Under the pieces are notes generated by a model. That model was not told the origin of the DNA. It searched no databases and was given only the letters and a program-made list of their open reading frames with translations. The translations under genes and the position numbers were made by a program. A stretch of 64,000 nucleotides of DNA from Thermoplasmata archaeon (lineage in GTDB: Archaea; Thermoplasmatota; Thermoplasmata; Thermoplasmatales; ARK-15), in assembly GCA_039794005.1 (NCBI GenBank), contig JBAMMA010000019.1, positions 12,462 through 76,461 on the forward strand, given 5' to 3'. This document shows positions 61,688 through 64,000 of this stretch, in pieces (within the stretch, counting starts at the first letter, position 1; each line of letters begins with the position of its first letter).

Positions 61688-62698
61688 ATGAAAACATATT
61701 CAGAGGCAGGAGTTGATATTGATAAAAAGGATGTTTTTCTAAAGACTTTACTGGCATCAATAAGATATAAGAGAAGAGGATTTGGAAATGTAATAGGCAT
61801 TGGTCATTATACATCATTAATTGATATGGGTAAATATTATCTGGCAATAAATACGGATGGTGTAGGTACTAAAATGATAATAGCTGAAGAGATGAAGAAA
61901 TACATAAATGTTGGAATAGATGTTATAGCCATGAACGTTAATGATACTATTTGTGTAGGTGCTGAACCAATAGCTTTTGTTGACTATCTTGTAATTAGAG
62001 ACTATGACTTAACGAAAGCTAAACAAATAGGGATTGGGTTGAATAGAGGGGCAAGAATGGCAAATGTAAACATTGTAGGTGGTGAAACGGCGGTAATGCC
62101 AGATATGGTAAATTACACGGATTTATCTGGAACTTCTATTGGAATCGTTAAAAAGGGAAAGCAAATAACTGGAAATAAAATAAGAAAAGGAGATATTATA
62201 TATGCAATTGCTAGCTCTGGATTACACTCAAATGGGTTTACATTGGTTAGAAAGTTGTTAAAGGAAAAAAATGTTTCATATGAGACAAAATTGAAAGGTA
62301 GGAAACTTGGAGATATATTGTTGACTGCTACATATATATATGTAAACCCTGTGATGGAAATTGCAAAGAAAAATTATGCAAACGGACTTGCGCATATTAC
62401 AGGTGGAGGATTAAGAAATCTAATTAGACTTAAAAAAATGAAATTTGTTATAGATAAGCCTCTCAAAGTTCCCATGATTTTTGAATATATAAGGGAACTT
62501 GGAAATATTGAATATAAAGAGATGTATCAAACATTTAACATGGGAATGGGATTTATGATTATTACCAGCGATAAAAATGTTGACAAAGTGGATAGAATTG
62601 TAAAGAAACATGGATTCTATGGAGATGTTGTTGGTTATGTAGATGAGGGATTCGGCGTAGAAGTTCCTGAATACAAAATTAGATATGAGAGTTACTGA
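61688..62698 (+). CDS. purM: Phosphoribosylformylglycinamidine cyclo-ligase
   Basis: TYSEAGVDID, TDGVGTK, AMNVND, GGETA, SSGLHSNG, AHITGGG, TFNMGMG. Confidence 0.96.
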   Translation: MKTYSEAGVDIDKKDVFLKTLLASIRYKRRGFGNVIGIGHYTSLIDMGKYYLAINTDGVGTKMIIAEEMKKYINVGIDVIAMNVNDTICVGAEPIAFVDYLVIRDYDLTKAKQIGIGLNRGARMANVNIVGGETAVMPDMVNYTDLSGTSIGIVKKGKQITGNKIRKGDIIYAIASSGLHSNGFTLVRKLLKEKNVSYETKLKGRKLGDILLTATYIYVNPVMEIAKKNYANGLAHITGGGLRNLIRLKKMKFVIDKPLKVPMIFEYIRELGNIEYKEMYQTFNMGMGFMIITSDKNVDKVDRIVKKHGFYGDVVGYVDEGFGVEVPEYKIRYESY

Positions 62699-63449
62699 AA
62701 TCCAAAATTCTATAATCTATTTTTGAAATTCCTATTTGAGGTGTTTCAATTTCATCTATTACATAATTAAAAAGATCCTTTGAAACTAAGATGGCGCTAT
62801 TTAAGCCACGATGACATGCCTCCATTGAAGCTCTCACTGAACCACAATCAAAGTCTATTTTAATACCAGCTTTTTTTGCAACAACTTCTGCTACTGAACC
62901 AAAAATTCCAACCTTGCAATTTTGTACAGAATCCCTTAACAATTCATAATTTACCACCCTTGAACCACCATTTTTAATAGAAGGCAGGATAATAATTTTT
63001 AATTCACCAAGTTTATAATTTAAAATTCCATTTGGAGATAATATGCCAAGATCTTCACCCTTTAATGCGTCGTTGATTGCAAAACCATTATAAGAGGATT
63101 CTTTTTTATATCCAACCATTTTACCATCTTCCATAAAAATCCCTATATTGTCGCCTTTTTTTACATCTTCGCCTGCTATGACCTCAACAACAAAATCAAA
63201 TTTCAATGTATTATATAATGATGTTGTGAATGTTCTAAGATTTTCCAAAACATTCATGGCATATTCTATACCTAAATTTGTAACATTTAGATTCTCATCT
63301 ATCAAACCACTCTTTTTAAGATTTTTCAAATATTCGCTTATCGCTTGAATTGTTACCTCGGCCCTCTTCGCTATACTTGATGTCTTTTTATTACCTTTTA
63401 GCAATTCAGATAAAATAATTAATTTTGTAATATCACTTCTAACAATCAT
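62679..63449 (-). CDS. Winged-helix transcriptional regulator (archaeal, N-terminal wHTH)
   Basis: IA...EVT.QAISEY.K.L...G, VT..G.E, followed by A..DVKKGD.IG.FMEDG and EA..RGL. Confidence 0.75.
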   Translation of the reverse strand: MIVRSDITKLIILSELLKGNKKTSSIAKRAEVTIQAISEYLKNLKKSGLIDENLNVTNLGIEYAMNVLENLRTFTTSLYNTLKFDFVVEVIAGEDVKKGDNIGIFMEDGKMVGYKKESSYNGFAINDALKGEDLGILSPNGILNYKLGELKIIILPSIKNGGSRVVNYELLRDSVQNCKVGIFGSVAEVVAKKAGIKIDFDCGSVRASMEACHRGLNSAILVSKDLFNYVIDEIETPQIGISKIDYRILDFSNSHI

Positions 63450-63565
63450 AATTTAAATAACTATAATTGAGTAATAAATTTTATTTTAAAGATAAGTAAA
63501 AAATTTATGTTAAAAAATCCCATAATCGTAAAATATCTATATTAGAAGATAATTATTTTTAATCG

Positions 63566-63658
63566 CCCGGCTTAGCTCAGAGGTAGAGCAGCGGACTGTA
63601 GTGGGAAGGTATCCGCGCAGGCATCCGCCTGTCCCCGGTTCGAGTCCGGGAGCCGGGA
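63566..63658 (+). tRNA. tRNA-Tyr(GTA) with a 21-nt intron at 37/38 (63602-63622)
   Basis: Acceptor CCCGGCT/AGCCGGG (C1:G72, A73 archaeal Tyr identity); anticodon stem GCGGA/TCCGC with loop CTGTAG|intron|A; BHB central helix CTGT:GCAG with 3-nt bulges; T-arm CCCGG-TTCGAGT-CCGGG. Confidence 0.93.
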
Positions 63659-63887
63659 TTTTAATGAAATACATTATTCTATAACAAATAATCAATAAAA
63701 TTGAAAAATAAATAACCATGATTTATGAAATAATCTGCACAAAGAATATTTAATATTAATATATTCTAAGGTCTTTTCTTAGCCTATTTGGTATGTACTA
63801 TCATTTAAGGTTATTTTTTCACATAATATATTTAAAACATGTTTTTGAATTATTTTTTAATCTATTTTTATTACCCAGATCTTTTCT

Positions 63888-64000
63888 TTATTTATAAGGA
63901 CTATTGTATTTCATTTTATTCAACGACTTAATGTTCTCTATCTCCATACATTTCGAGATAATTGCTAATTTATCCATTTCCATATAAGCCTCAACTTCTA
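63888..64000 (-). CDS. Possible 3' end of a CDS entering from the right edge
   Basis: Open frame ...EVEAYMEMDKLAIISKCMEIENIKSLNKMKYNSPYK* with TAA at 63888-63890; too short to identify. Confidence 0.3.
   Translation of the reverse strand, partial: EVEAYMEMDKLAIISKCMEIENIKSLNKMKYNSPYK

Noticed and set aside
61563-61847. Minus-strand ORFs over 61563-61847
   Set aside because: They overlap tRNA-Ala and the purM start and are typical tRNA antisense artefacts
63537-63719. 60-aa minus-strand ORF
   Set aside because: Antisense to tRNA-Tyr

Overview
This is an AT-rich (roughly 30% GC by eye), gene-dense archaeal chromosome segment, most consistent with Thermoplasmata (inference from DP2, TBP, Rpo6, LonB, proteasome beta, aCPSF1, EndA, split nuoJ and GGAGGTGA-type Shine-Dalgarno motifs). 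From left to right it holds a partial Lon protease and an oligopeptide-type ABC operon with two greatly enlarged components. These are a ~1590-aa solute-binding protein with an Ig-like stalk and a 750-aa permease with a ~450-aa extracellular insert, and the operon is divergent from a GT-C-like membrane protein across a perfect 24-bp palindrome. Next come information-processing genes, glutamate dehydrogenase, an 11-subunit complex I lacking NuoEFG, a ~1-kb ORF-free gap and a bacterial-type queA. The right part has POR and IOR oxidoreductases, an orphan 2-hydroxyacyl-CoA-dehydratase-like Fe-S protein, scattered purine genes, an atypical Rab-like GTPase next to EndA, tRNA-Ala(GGC) and an intron-containing tRNA-Tyr(GTA). 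The two most interesting signals are the 'stalked' peptide ABC importer and a possible archaeal queuosine pathway. No CRISPR array, transposase or intein was seen. All product calls come from motif recognition by eye, not database searches.
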